Below the pieces are notes generated by a model. That model ran no database searches. It saw only the letters and a program-made list of their open reading frames with translations, and was not told the origin of the DNA. Positions 1 through 12,699 of a DNA stretch of 64,000 nt are shown in pieces. Source of the DNA: Octopus sinensis (Eukaryota); the NCBI RefSeq assembly GCF_006345805.1, contig NC_042999.1:87172001-87236000 (forward strand), in the 5' to 3' direction. Position 1 is the first letter of the stretch; every line of letters begins with the position of its first letter. A program made the position numbers and the translations under genes.

Positions 1-269
1 TGTCATGTGGGTAGAGCTTAGGAAGGGTACAGAGTTATCTTAACAGCTGGAAATGTTGACAGTCTTTACCATGCTATATGTTGGGTGTGGAAGGATGGCT
101 GAGAAAGAGTGGAGAAGTCAGTGGTAGGGCATAGAATATATAATGTGTGACATTTTTCAAAAAGAAAGATGCCCTAAATTCAGGCTAAAAATATTGTAAA
201 TTTAAGGTTAAAAACTACGCTGAGAAGCTGTATACACTGGATACTTTATATTATTTTATACACACTCAT

Positions 270-470
270 TCATAGACACATACATATGTCATGCACGTAT
301 ATATACACATATATGAACAAAATATATATACATGCACATTTATATGCATACATGATATATATATATGTATATACATATATATACACACACACATATATAT
401 ATACACATATGTATATACATATATATGCACATTCATATATATATATGTGTGTGTGTGTATATATATATAC

Positions 471-542
<72 letters not shown>

Positions 543-675
543 GACAGACAGACAGATAGACAAACAGTCATATACACAGACAGACAAATAGACAAACAGA
601 TAGTTAGATATATATACATATATATACATATAGGTGGATGTTAAACGGTAATGATAATGATGATGATGATGATCT
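270..675. repeat. Compound microsatellite (TA/CA, GA, GACA, GAT)
   Basis: Direct inspection; explains ORFs 266-629. Confidence 0.95.
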
Positions 676-1529
676 TAATTATATATACATTATATAATCT
701 AGTTCTTTCTGGCTTTCATTTCTCAGTTCATCTTAGAATTATCTTAATATCTGATTCCATGTTCATTTTGACTGAAACTTAAATGTTTCAGTATCCAATG
801 CATATAATTTATCTGGTTCAAACAAGAACTTGCATGGAAGACAAGTTGCCACAAATAGATATACTGAGTCCTGTAGCATTTTTATAACACTCTAAATTCA
901 AGTCAAAATTATCTCAACAGTTCAGGATATAAAAGTTGTTATTCTCCAAGAGATTGTATATATTGAATAAATATATTTAACAAACAATAGTTGTTTTTTT
1001 GGAGGTTTTTTTTTACTGGCTTTAGCTTCTCAATTCTGTTTAGTGTTTCATATTGTCTGATATACAGTGAGTATAAATGAAAATGTCACGACTAGGTAGT
1101 TAGGGAAAAGAGTTTATCAGAGATAATGAGAAAGAAAAGGATGTATTACTATGAAGAGAAAGAAACCAAAAACATAACAAAAATATTACTATGAGCAAGT
1201 GAATAAATGAATTCAGGAAAAAGTCAAAGTGCACTTGGTGATCCACCTCAATTAAGAGTTCATCAATGTTATTTGTAGCTACAAGAACATCTTCATAATT
1301 TGTGTGTTGTTTGTAGGGTTGTTAAACAGAAATTTTAAAAAGCAGTATTTCAATAGCTAAAAGGCATCAAATTATCATCATTGTTTAGTGTCTGTTTTCC
1401 AAGCTGGCATGGGTTAGCCAGTTTGAGTGGAACTCGTAAGCTGGAGAGCTGTACCAGGCTCTAGTCTGTTTTGGTTTGGTTTCTAAAACAGACTGGAGCC
1501 TGGTGTAGCTCTCCAGCTTACCAGTTCCT

Positions 1530-1800
1530 GTCAAATCATCATCATTTAACATCCACTTTCCATACTAGCATGGGCTGGATGGTTCGACAGGGGTCTGGGA
1601 AGCCAGGAGGCTGCACCAGGCCCAGTCTGATCTGGCAGTGTTTCTACAGCTGGATGCCCTTCCTAATGCCAACCACTCCATGAGTGTAGTGGGTGCTTTT
1701 TATGTGCCACTGGCACAGGTGCCAGGTGAGGCTGGCAACAGCCATGATCGGTTGGTGCTTTTTACGTGCCATTGGCACTGGTATCACAACTATAATTTCC
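1530..1800 (-). mobile_element. RTE-LINE 3' end / RTE-tailed short element
   Basis: (CAT)n tail plus ttccatactagcatggg...ggatgcccttcctaatgccaaccactc motif shared by more than 10 copies in the window. Confidence 0.75.
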
Positions 1801-2439
1801 ATTGATTTTTGATTGATTTCAATAAAATACCAATAAAAGCACCTGAGCAAGAACATCACATAAATAGGTGGAAATATCAAAAGATTTATATTAAAAAATT
1901 CATGTGAGACTGTGTTTGAATGATATAACAACACCAACCAAACATTGAATAACTTTTATTTCAACTCGCATATTATTGAGGTTGGTCATGAATTATAAGA
2001 TTCCACAATAGCTCAAAACATTTGAAGGAATAATTCAGTAGTGTTCATAAATAGTTGATTACAAAAACTCTGTACTGAGATTTGTCAAGATAGGAGAAAA
2101 GTACACAGTAGATTCATTTCAGCCTACTAAATTGACATATTGAAGCTAGGCAGATGGTCATGAAAGAAAAAAACAACTATTACAAACAGCAATAGGATGT
2201 GGGTAACAGGTATGCAGATTACTATGCACTCAGAAAGTTGATGCTATAAACAAGCCTTTATATAACTCTTGTACCAAGATGTTCCAGAAAGATCTATATT
2301 GATTTATCACAAGAAGCCTGGCTGTTGATTGGCCCATAACTTGGCCTCTCATTTAAACAAGGTTGTGCTATGTTGTGACATAAACTTTGTAATTTGCCCA
2401 GTCAGTTTCAAGTCTGGCTACATTCCATATTTTCAAAGA

Positions 2440-3443
2440 TTTCCTGATCAGATGTAGAATCTGCAAGTTTCAAATGATTTATAAGCAACAATGAATCCAA
2501 TTTTTTTTAACAGTTCATTTGATAGTTCACTATCATAACAACATTTACCTCTTTGTTTAAGTCCATATTTGATGTTCAAAACTTTTCTTAATATTTCCAT
2601 ACTTTGATAGTTATGTTCATTTGATTTCATAAAATCCATGTAGCTAAATATTCATCCCATATCAGCATTTGCACGTGGTAAGATGAGATGTGTTAAAGCT
2701 GACTAGAAAAATCTTCAAATGGATCTAACCCTGTTGACTCCCGATACACTGAAAATTCAATCAAGGGAGAAACTGTGTCTGAAACTTTTATTCATCAAAC
2801 ATTTAAAAAAATTTTCTACTGAAACCAATTTTTGCCAGAATCTCTGAATCTTCATTAAAATGCTTTGCTAGGTCTATAATTCCGAGTTTTATTTGTTTGA
2901 GACATTCTGTTATGCTAAAATAACTCATTGACTGTAAAAAATGAAAACTCTTTGGAAAGCACTGTTTAATTTGCTCCAAATCTTCAACATCAAATTTTAT
3001 GCGTTGGCTTCTTATCTCATTTTCTTGTAGCTCAGTAAATTTACACTCTGAGATTTTTATTTTGAGAATTGAGAATGAAGATATGGTTTTAGATCCAAAT
3101 TACTTTAATTGAACTTCTATCCTGGCATTATAGTTATTGAACTGGGTGAATCAATGAAGCACAGAAGATCATTCAAATTAGCGGAGTCTTGTGATTCCAT
3201 TTCAAATTTTTGTTAACTCTTCAAACTTCAGAAACTTTAAAAAGGGTAGAAAAACAGATTTTCTTGTTAGAGAAAATTTCTACCTGAATTTTGGGCAGTA
3301 AAATCTGAATTAAATTTTGATTTGACTTTGATGGAGATGCACTAACCTTAACAGTAAATTATAATATACTAAAAATATGCAAGAATGTAATTCAGTGGAA
3401 TTTGTGATGAAAATAATGAAAAAGCACAAAATTGGCAACTCTG
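2440..3443 (-). mobile_element. Degraded hAT DNA transposon (C-terminal dimerisation domain)
   Basis: Minus-strand frames give YRESTGLDPF and LILPRANADMG*IFSYMDFMKS...LNIKYGLK, matching the hAT LPHSNADVERIFS motif; TIR-like CAGAGTTGCCAA ends at 3443. Confidence 0.7.
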
Positions 3444-3744
3444 TTTGCTCAAAGGGAAAACCACAAGACCGTGGAAGTGTTTCCTGGTGGAATATTTGGT
3501 TGGGATATTCATCTTAGTCACCAGCATTAGAAAATACTGAATATACATGTCATGTTACAATACTATCGAAAGTGTTTTCATCTGTACATGTCATATATTG
3601 TCAAATGACTGACTTAAATATTTTGTTTCACGGCCTAAGAAATTGAATCAAAGTGTGATGCCTTCATATATAGTGTACAATTCTTATACTGTCAGTAAAT
3701 AACTGATTTAAAATATTTCTTTGTCTTATTGCTTTAATTATGTT

Positions 3745-4100
3745 TTATCTTTTTCATGTTTTGGTCATTGGACTGCAGTAATGTTGGGACACTACTTTAG
3801 CATGTTTAGTCAAACTAATCATCTCAGTATCTTCTTTCTTTTTAAACCTGGCATTTTGTCTATCAGTTTCCTTTTACCAAGCAGCTATTACAGGAACATA
3901 AATGAACCAACACTTGTTGTCAAGTGGTGGTTGGCTACAAACACAAAGACACACACACACATGACAGGTTTCTTTCAGTTTCCATGTGCCAAATCCACTT
4001 ACAACCCTGTAGATGGCTCAGAGCTAGTTGCCCAAGGTACCACATGATAGGGTTGAACCCAGAATCATGTAGTTGTGAAGCAAACTTCATACTACAGCTA
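3745..4100 (-). mobile_element. tRNA-derived SINE, family B (degenerate)
   Basis: Similar to the better preserved copy at 46855-47298. Confidence 0.7.
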
Positions 4101-4469
4101 AAAGAAAGATGATTTGTTTTATTACTTTGTTTAAAGTATTGAAATAAACTGATTTTTCAAGTAACTTTTTTCTGTGACTTTTTTCTGTGACTTTTTTTCC
4201 TATGACTTTTTTTCAGGTGACCAAATAAATACATGTAGGGGAAGAAAAATGTGAGAAAAGGAAATGTAGTTGGTACCAAATTATCAACAAATATTTTATA
4301 CTAATATCAAATATTTTTCTATAGCGACCAACACACCAAAATAGCAATAAACACCCTAATTGAACAATTGACATACTGCTCCATTAAATGCTGAATCTAA
4401 AAAAAAAAAACCCTTCTAAAATGTCTACTTTAATGAAGTGTTTAGTTTAACCACTCCCTACAGTAACAA

Positions 4470-5460
4470 TGCTAAATTTAACAACTTTCTAAATCTAAGC
4501 CATTCAAGTACACTCAAATCTAACAGCATTATAATCTAACAATGCATTAACCTACCATTCTAATCTAGCAACACCCTAATCTTACAATATTCTGATCTAA
4601 CAACATTCTAATCTAAGCCATTCTAATCTAACAACACAAATCTAACATTATAATCAAACAACACTCTAATCTAACAATACTCTAATCTACCAAATATAAT
4701 CTCACAATACTAGTCTAAGACGCTAACTGAACAAAATTCTAACCTTAGAAACTTATAACTAAGACACTTTTGTAACAGGATGAGAGGTCCCCACACTGGA
4801 TGGGTGCAGCTTGCATCCTTTACATTAAAATATTAATCGAAGGAAAGAGTCAAGACTTCCGATTAACTTCAACAGCATAAATATTTTATTTCTGGATTCG
4901 CAATATGTACATTCTTCCTTCAGGGCAAATCGGCAGCCTAGGAGCTCGTCGCAGTAGTTGAGTAGAGTGAGCCAAATCCTATCCATTCAAGCATTGCGGA
5001 GAAAACACCATGAGGTAGCAGCTTGAGAGAGCTGCTAAAACACGACTGTCCTGTTCGGCTGCCAGCGTTCGAGAGGACGATATGAGGGAAATCTCGCTGC
5101 TGCTAGTTTTCTGTGCATGCGCATGAGGGAACTTCCGGCAGGCCTCCCGGAAGAATCCAACTCTGTGCATGCATGCTGGAGATTTCCAAGATGGTGTCAC
5201 TACACTCTTATCTCACAACATTAATCTTATAACACGAATCTAACAACATTAATCTGACAACAAAAATCTAGTAACATTAATCTAACAATGCTCTGATCTA
5301 ACGACACTGATCTAGCAACATTTATCTAGGAAAACACTAACAACATTAATTTAATGTCCTCAACCTAATAATACTCTAACAACACTAACTGAATAAAACA
5401 AATTTAAGGCCCTCTAACCTAACAATATTGTTATCTAACACTACAATAACTTAACACAAT
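4470..5460. repeat. Degenerate ~14-15 bp minisatellite (ctaatctaacaaca), split by a solo LTR
   Basis: Repeated tctaacaac/ctaatct units at 4470-4765 and 5205-5460. Confidence 0.8.
4771..5204 (-). mobile_element. Solo LTR (TG...CA), young
   Basis: Starts TGTA, ends TACA; flanks cttt/ctct (4-bp TSD, 1 mismatch); AATAAA on the minus strand; CpG retained unlike the flanks. Confidence 0.75.
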
Positions 5461-5554
5461 AATTACTCTCATAGTTTGTTGAATAATTAATAAGACAAAT
5501 AATTACCATTAACAATGTTTATTACTAACACAAAACATTTTTAATATACTGGTA

Positions 5555-5760
5555 TGGTAAAGCTGCAAGCTGGCAGAATAGTTAGCATGCCAGGCAAAAT
5601 GCTTAGCGGCAATTCATCTGTCTTTTTGTTCTCAGGTCAACTTTGCCTTTCATCCTTTTGGGGTCAACAGAATAAGTACCAGTTGAGTACTGGGGTTGAT
5701 AAAATCAACTTATCATTTCCCTGAAATTGCTGGCCTTGTGCCAAAATTTGAAACCAATAT
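5555..5760 (+). mobile_element. tRNA-derived SINE, family C
   Basis: gctggcagaatagttagcatgcc...caactttgcctttcatcc...aataagtaccagttgag; same family as the 57.4-58.8 kb array. Confidence 0.75.
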
Positions 5761-5879
5761 ACAGGCGTCGCTGTATGGCAAAAGTTTGTTTCCCGACTAC
5801 ATGGTTCCAGGTTCTGTTCCTTGTGAGTGGATTTGGCAGATGGAAACTGGAAGAAGCCTGTTGTAAATAAGTGTATACC

Positions 5880-5999
<120 letters not shown>

Positions 6000-6179
6000 C
6001 ATATGCATGTTGTTGTGTCTGCTTGTCTTGATATCCCATGATTGTTACTGTCATACAAGCACTGTCATTAATTTACTTATCATATCTTCCTTCACCTTGT
6101 CATCTTTTATTTTAGTTCCTAGCTCTGATTCTGAAATTACCAGCCACTAATCTATGTTGTGTTGTACATTCTTTGCCAG

Positions 6180-6264
6180 GAAAGTTTTTGATTTTTACGA
6201 TAGCCCTTCTGTCTCTATTCCAGGTGAGAATGTAGTCTATCAGCCTCATGTGTTTATCAGATTG
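6180..6264 (+). CDS. Candidate internal coding exon of an unidentified gene (KVFDFYDSPSVSIPGENVVYQPHVFIRL)
   Basis: Branch-like CACTAAT at 6145, ttctttgccAG acceptor, GTAAGT donor, open frame, non-repetitive sequence. Confidence 0.45.
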
Positions 6265-6359
6265 GTAAGTAATGAGGTGGGTGGTCAGTTTCCTAAATTG
6301 TTAGGTTAGTTGCATAACAGAACTCCAGTAGTCTTACAACATTCTTTATTTTTCAAATC

Positions 6360-6840
6360 ATAACCATAGCTTCCATGTAGGTTGTAGAAGCCATCAACAT
6401 GTTGGTCGACTTATCCTTTGAAATCATTAGCCATGATAACGAAATCTCTGTCAGTCATCATAGTGGTAATTTGTAGAAGCATAGAAGTGGTCCTTCTGCT
6501 CCTCTTGCAGTCCTGCTTGTGGAGTATATGCCAAAATAAATGTTGTTGAGTTGCTTATAATTAGTTTCAACCTTATTATCCTATCAAACACCTTGACTAC
6601 CTCAATTATTTTATCTATTTCTCAGCTAATGATACATTTACTCCATCCTGATGTTATTGTTACTCATCCAGAAGAATTTTTTCTTCTCGCTCTTGCCTGT
6701 AAAGGGTTTGGTTGATGATCTTTTCCATCTTAACTCTTGTACACAACATGCATCCATTTGTTTCCATTCCAGCATCTCCACAATCTCACCAAACCTACCT
6801 TTCATTGTGCCAATGTTTATGATGCCATCCTAAAATTTTG
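6360..6840 (-). mobile_element. RTE-LINE AP-endonuclease fragment
   Basis: Minus frame INIGTMKGRFGEIVEMLEWKQMDACCVQELRWK matches the APE N-terminus (N-IGT...QE-RW). Confidence 0.8.
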
Positions 6841-7305
6841 GAACGTGGGCAAGATCTTCAATAGTAAGCTGCTTGGGTGTTGGTCCATTATATAGTCTGA
6901 CTGCAGTACTATCTGTGGGGAATAAAAAAAGTTGGGCTGTGCTTTACCAGCAATTAGCAGATTTATGCACATGATTATTTTTCCTTCATTTAATTTGCCA
7001 TTATTAATTCATTTTCCAGTGCTTACTGCACATGCTACAGTGGGTGCTAATCGAACTATTCTCAACAAATAAATAAATGAAGATTCTTAATGTCATTAAA
7101 AGTACCATTATCATGTGCATTTGCTATGACTATTTTGTAGCTGTTGCAGACAGGATCTTAATGCAGGGCTAGTTGTATCTGGTATATAGAATAAATGAAC
7201 GAGGTGAGGGGAAAACACAGATAGTCACAGAGAGTGGGAGGTGGGTGTGTTTTTTACTGATCATGCAAGAGAAGTGAGAAAATGAGAAAACAATTTCCAG
7301 TACAG

Positions 7306-7355
7306 GTGGAGGGAATTGGCTATGGCAGTTTCATTGTGAATGAGGGACCCTCAAG
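7306..7355 (+). CDS. Candidate coding exon (VEGIGYGSFIVNEGPSR), phase-compatible with 6180-6264
   Basis: tacAG acceptor, AAG/GTTTGT donor, phase 0 start; weak polypyrimidine tract. Confidence 0.35.
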
Positions 7356-7450
7356 GTTTGTGGGAATGTTGTTTTCTCCTTTCTTTCTTATGATATTATG
7401 TTGCTATGTATGTATATGTGTATACATACATACATACATACATACATACA

Positions 7451-7486
<36 letters not shown>

Positions 7487-7999
7487 TATATATGTATCAT
7501 ACATATGTATATTCATATATATATACATACATATATACACACACATATATACATGTATATACACATACACATATGCACACATATATACATATTATATACA
7601 ATCTATATATATACATACATATACATATATACATACACACATACATGCATACATGTATATATACACATACATATGCATACATGCATGCAAACATAGATTA
7701 CTTTCATACATGCTTACATGCATAAGCACATATATTTGTTTATTTTATAAATTCCTATTATTTTATAAATAACTGTTTACTATTGGGACATTCTGCACAC
7801 ATAAAGGGAAAGCAGAACAATATACACAGAGATTCCTCTCTCTTTATATAAATATTCTTTTAAGGTTTTTAATTTTTTACAGGTTTCAGTCATTGGAATG
7901 TGGCCATACTAGGGTATTGCTTCCAGAGCATAGACATTTCTATAGATTCTTGTATTTAGCTCAAAAGGATGAAAGGAAAAGCTGGTCTAGATTGTATTT

Positions 8000-9037
8000 G
8001 GAATGGGGTTGCATTTCCAGAAAGGTAAAAAAACACTGTTCAAACAGCAAAAAAGATGTGTGCAACTTATGGAAATGAGGCAACTCATAGGTTTGTAATT
8101 AAAAATTTTGATCTAGACATCTATGAGAATTCCAGTAGGTCTACAGTCATTGATGACCAAATTGAAAAGCTAATAAAAGATAATCCAGGTCACATGATAT
8201 GAGACATTGCAGATACATTCCACATATCTCAAATGAGCATTATAAGGCATTTAAAAACACTCAGAGATGTGAATCTCTACAATATTTGGGTGCCTCAAAA
8301 TTTAATGAAAAAAATTAATGGATTACATTTCCTGCTCAAATGCAATAGCGCCCCATTTGTGACAAGAATGATTGCATATTAAGAAAGATGGATTGTTTAC
8401 AACAATGGGAAGCAAAAATGGTTCTGGAGAAAATAAAATGAACTGCTTATAATCACTCCAAAAGCCAGTCAGTATTTGGAGAAAGTGACACGCTATATTT
8501 GGTGGTGTTAGAAGAGCACTGACAATTCTTAGCTCCTTCTGCAAAATCAGACATTGAATTTAGACACTTATTGTTCCTAATTAGACTGATTAAAGGTGGC
8601 AATTGATGAAAAACATCTAGAATTGGCCAATCAAACTGGTTGATTAAAAGGCCTAGCATTATCCTTTGGAATAATGCTGGACCTTATGTTACCTTGCAAA
8701 TTTGGTAGAAATTTGTGCAGCTAGGCTAGGATGTCCTACCACATCCACTATACTCACCTGTCTTTGCACCTTTGGATAAACATTTATTTCAGTCCCTAAA
8801 AATTCTCTTGATGGAAAGAACTTCAATTCTTTGAAAAATAATGTGAAAAATACTTAGATAAGTTCATGACCTCTAAAAATGCTAAGTTCTAGGAGGATAG
8901 GATCATGAAGCCAAAAGTGGCAAAACGTAGTGGAACAAAATGGGACATATATGTAGTCGAATAAAGGTATTTACAAATATCTAAGCATTGTTTTTGAATT
9001 TTACTTAAAAACCGTACACATTTTTGTTCCAACTTAA
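8000..9037 (+). mobile_element. Degraded mariner transposon
   Basis: WVPQNL (WVPHEL-like) near 8290, HPLYSPVFAP (YSPDLAP-like) near 8745, TIR-like ttttgttccaacttaa at the right end. Confidence 0.85.
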
Positions 9038-9039
9038 TG

Positions 9040-9071
<32 letters not shown>

Positions 9072-9081
9072 TGTATGTATG

Positions 9082-9113
<32 letters not shown>

Positions 9114-9130
9114 CATGTATGTATGTATGT

Positions 9131-10406
9131 CTCTTCTATTTTTTAATTATTATAAATCTTCCACTGAGGAGGGAGCTGGTTTCCAACAAAGAGACAAGGC
9201 TCCATCTTTGGGATATAGTTAACACAGACAAATCCACATTTGTAATTTGAGAAAATCTTGCATATTTTTGCTGTTCCACTCACAGATTGCACTTGTAACG
9301 TATGAATCAGCTGGTTGATTTCTCTTTCTGAAAATCCCAGTATATCCAGATTCTCCTTTAAGCATTTATTAACAAAACCTGTTGCTCCAATTATTATTGG
9401 TATGAAAATGAATTCATAGCCTGGATATAGAAGCCGAAGGTTTCGAAGCAGTTGTCCTTAGATATCCCCTTTTTCTTTGATTTTCAAAGAGATATTTATA
9501 TCTGCAGGGCAGCTGACTTCTATGACAGTACATACATTTGCCCCTCTGTCCCAAACAACAATATCTGGCATGTTATGTTTACATTTGACAGAAGTTTTGA
9601 TGGGAATATTCCACCAGTATTCCCTGAGTTGGTGTTTATGGATGTATTCCATAACAGAGGGATTTTCTAAGTTTATTTCAGGACAGGTTTTCTTGTGGAT
9701 GGCATTGTAAACTGTTTTAGCAACAATATCATGCTGCATAGGGAGGTAGTACTGTGACAGCATTTTAGGACAGCTGCTAATCACATGTGTGATGTCTTCC
9801 ACAGAAACATGACATAGCCTACACATATGGTTGCACCTTGGTATTACATGAGCGTCACTGTTTCTCTTGTTCACCAGGTACTTTGTGGCAATCTTCTGTT
9901 CCTGGATTGCAAATGCACAGCCTTCGAAGTGTAATTTGATGTAGTGGTCTTGTGTCCAAGAAAGGCTGTACTTCATGTCAATTCTACTGTCTTCTTCAAA
10001 CTTCCGGGCAACATACCCATGCATAGTCTTTTTTTGTATTCTGAGTGCTTTCTATCCAGGTCTTCTTTTTGGTAAGTGAGCCCAGCTGTTTTGGGGCTGT
10101 ATAGGAGATCATGAGGGAGAGAGTGCTTCTTGAGGAGCTCACTGTCAACTTGTACAATGTTGCTCACTTCACTTTTCAGCTCTGCATTTATATATTTATT
10201 TTTGCTGCTATTGTTCAGCAGGTGCTGCCTGAGTGATACCATACGGCATTCGAAGGCTGTCTGCACTGATCTCAGGCCTCTACCACCTTCATGTCTTCTT
10301 AAGTAGAGCCAGCCAACATCATTGTTTCTGTGTAACTTCCCAGTTGTTGTCAAGATTTTGCAGGTTTAATATCTATGGAGTGGATTTTCTCTACAGACCA
10401 ATCAAG
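9131..10406 (-). mobile_element. 5'-truncated R4/Dong-like non-LTR retrotransposon (RT end, CCHC knuckle, restriction-like endonuclease)
   Basis: LYLRRHEGGRGL, CRLC..EDITHVISSC and PDIVVWDR..IEVSCPAD motifs in ORFs 9458-10024 and 9973-10353; (TATG)n on both flanks. Confidence 0.85.
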
Positions 10407-11747
10407 TATGTATGTATGTACGTATGTGTGTACGTATGTGTGTATGTATGTATGTATGTATGTATGTATGTATGTATGTATGTATGTATGTATGTATGTA
10501 TGTATGTATGTATGTATGTATGTATGTATGTATGCATGCATGCATGCATGTATGTATGTATGTGTTTATGTTTATCTTGCTACCATTTGACAATTGGTGT
10601 TGGCTTGCTAATGACCCTGTCACTTAGTAACTGAGCTGAAGAGATGAACGGAATAAGAACCAGACTTAAAATCAAATTAATTACTGGCATTGATTTGTTC
10701 AACAAAACCCTTCAAAGCAGTGCCCCAGCATGGCTGTAGTCAAAGGACTGAAACAAATAAAAGGTAAAATATAAAGGGTTACAAAGTTCATTGCGAGTGA
10801 CATAAGAATGTTGATACATTCTTTCTAAGCTGTTGAGGTGCAGACAAAAAGGGAAGGTCTCCTGTGATACAATTTTGATGAGCAGAGTTGAAATAATTAC
10901 ATGAGAAATGTATAAAAATTCAGGCAAGGAATCATGACATTTTTGCATTATTAATTTTGTTATTCACTCCTGGATATTTGCTTAATAAAAGAGAGATATA
11001 GATACAAACCTCTCTCAAAGTCAAACTAACTAAAGAGGAAGAAGTTAGTAATTAGGTCAGGGTTAGATATTCCATTTAGTGAGGAATTTGAAGTTCAATT
11101 GTGAATTCACCAAATTTTTATTCTTAGGTCTATCTTAATCCTCTTGGTACATGAAATTATTATGAAAACATTTCAATAGTATGTTAGCAGCATACTGTAC
11201 AATGAAAGCTGCTTATTATAATCACGGATAATGTTATCAAATGGCTATTGTCATTAAAATCAGTGGAGGCCCACATGTGCTCAGGAAATTGTTAAATTCT
11301 CTGCATAATATTATCAGCTGGTTATTGTAATCTAAGAGGCTCCATCCCAGAATAATTGTAATAAGTGGCTTTCGCTTATATCAATTTTTCTGCTCCATTT
11401 CTAAACATATTATATTGCTATTAGAATATCTAGCATTTATTTCACTTATTTATAGAAACAACTTGTTTCAGTAGCCTCTAAGACATCTCCCCACTAATAG
11501 CTCCCTATTGGGTGAATGAACCAACAATGGAGCCTCTTATAGTCACATGACCTGCTAGAAATAGCACATAAATCTCCCTTAATCCAAATCCTACTATTTC
11601 AAAGAAAAGGAAAGGGCACATTAGATAATGTAGTTTTAGATACTCTTAAAACGATAAGATGTTCATGACCGGACTGCCTATGATCATAGATCTGTTTGAT
11701 CAGAGTTGATCAGCAGATAACTAACAACCCATAGGAGTATATGTAAG

Positions 11748-11862
11748 AGGGGATGCTGAAAAGTTCCTGACTTTAAGGGTAACCCTAAAGGCCTGGCAGG
11801 AGGCCCAACCTTCTGAGTTCTTTTACGAAGGATCACTGCAATAAGTGTGTGAATCTGAGAGG
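11748..11862 (-). mobile_element. Partial mariner-type MITE
   Basis: Matches the reverse complement of the right part of 31468-31684. Confidence 0.7.
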
Positions 11863-12080
11863 GGCATCTTGAACTTCAGGATGGAGATTTTCGGATCATG
11901 TCTGCATTTTAGAAAATTCCTGCTGGCTCTTTGCAATCTGCATGGTGGGACCACATCTGGAAAGCAATAGCCAAGGCTGAAGGGAGACAATCGTTTACCA
12001 TCATGGTGCATTTTTTAAAATTGTCACTGCTCCTTATTTACATTCAACGGATATTTATCCTCGTCTTGTTTGTTGTTAAC

Positions 12081-12125
12081 ACAACGTTTCGGCTGATATA
12101 CACTCCAGCCTTCTTCTGGTGTCTT
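12081..12125 (-). ncRNA. Degenerate type-I hammerhead ribozyme (core CAGAAGA)
   Basis: Reverse complement gacac-CAGAAGA-a-ggctg/cagcc-GAAAC-GTT-gtgtt. Confidence 0.6.
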
Positions 12126-12172
12126 GGGGAAAATTCAAACCTGGGTTCTCATTCCTAAGGTATTTTTCGATG

Positions 12173-12233
<61 letters not shown>

Positions 12234-12403
12234 TATTATTATATTATTATTATTATTATTATTATTATTGTTCAGGTCACTGCTTGGAATCAAACTTGCA
12301 ATCTTGAGGTTAGTAGCTCGTGCTTTTAACCACTACACTCTTAACCCCAAGATTCCAAGTTCGATTCTAAGCAGTGGCCTGAAAAATAACAATAATAATA
12401 ATG

Positions 12404-12466
<63 letters not shown>

Positions 12467-12525
12467 GTAATAATAACATCGAAAAATACCTTAGGAATGA
12501 GAATCCAGGTTTGAATTTTCCCCAA

Positions 12526-12571
12526 GACACCTGAAGAAGGCTGAAGGGTATATCAACCAAAACACTGTGTT
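12526..12571 (+). ncRNA. Degenerate type-I hammerhead ribozyme (CpG-decayed)
   Basis: gacac-CTGAAGA-aggctg..caacc-AAAAC-act-gtgtt; its mutations are at different positions from those in the other arm. Confidence 0.55.
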
Positions 12572-12699
12572 AACAACAAGCAAGATGAGGACAAATATCC
12601 GTCAAATGTAAATTATGTAAATAATGTACACAATTCCTCACCTCTTAAATATAGAACTGTATCACCACTCCTTTTCATAATTTTTATGAATTGGATTGA

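Larger units (their letters stand above)
12037..12660. mobile_element. Fold-back pair of a tRNA-headed, (AAT)n-linked, hammerhead-containing short element
   Basis: Arms 12037-12312 and 12342-12613 are reverse complements; tRNA A/B boxes at the centre; hammerhead motif in each arm. Confidence 0.8.
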
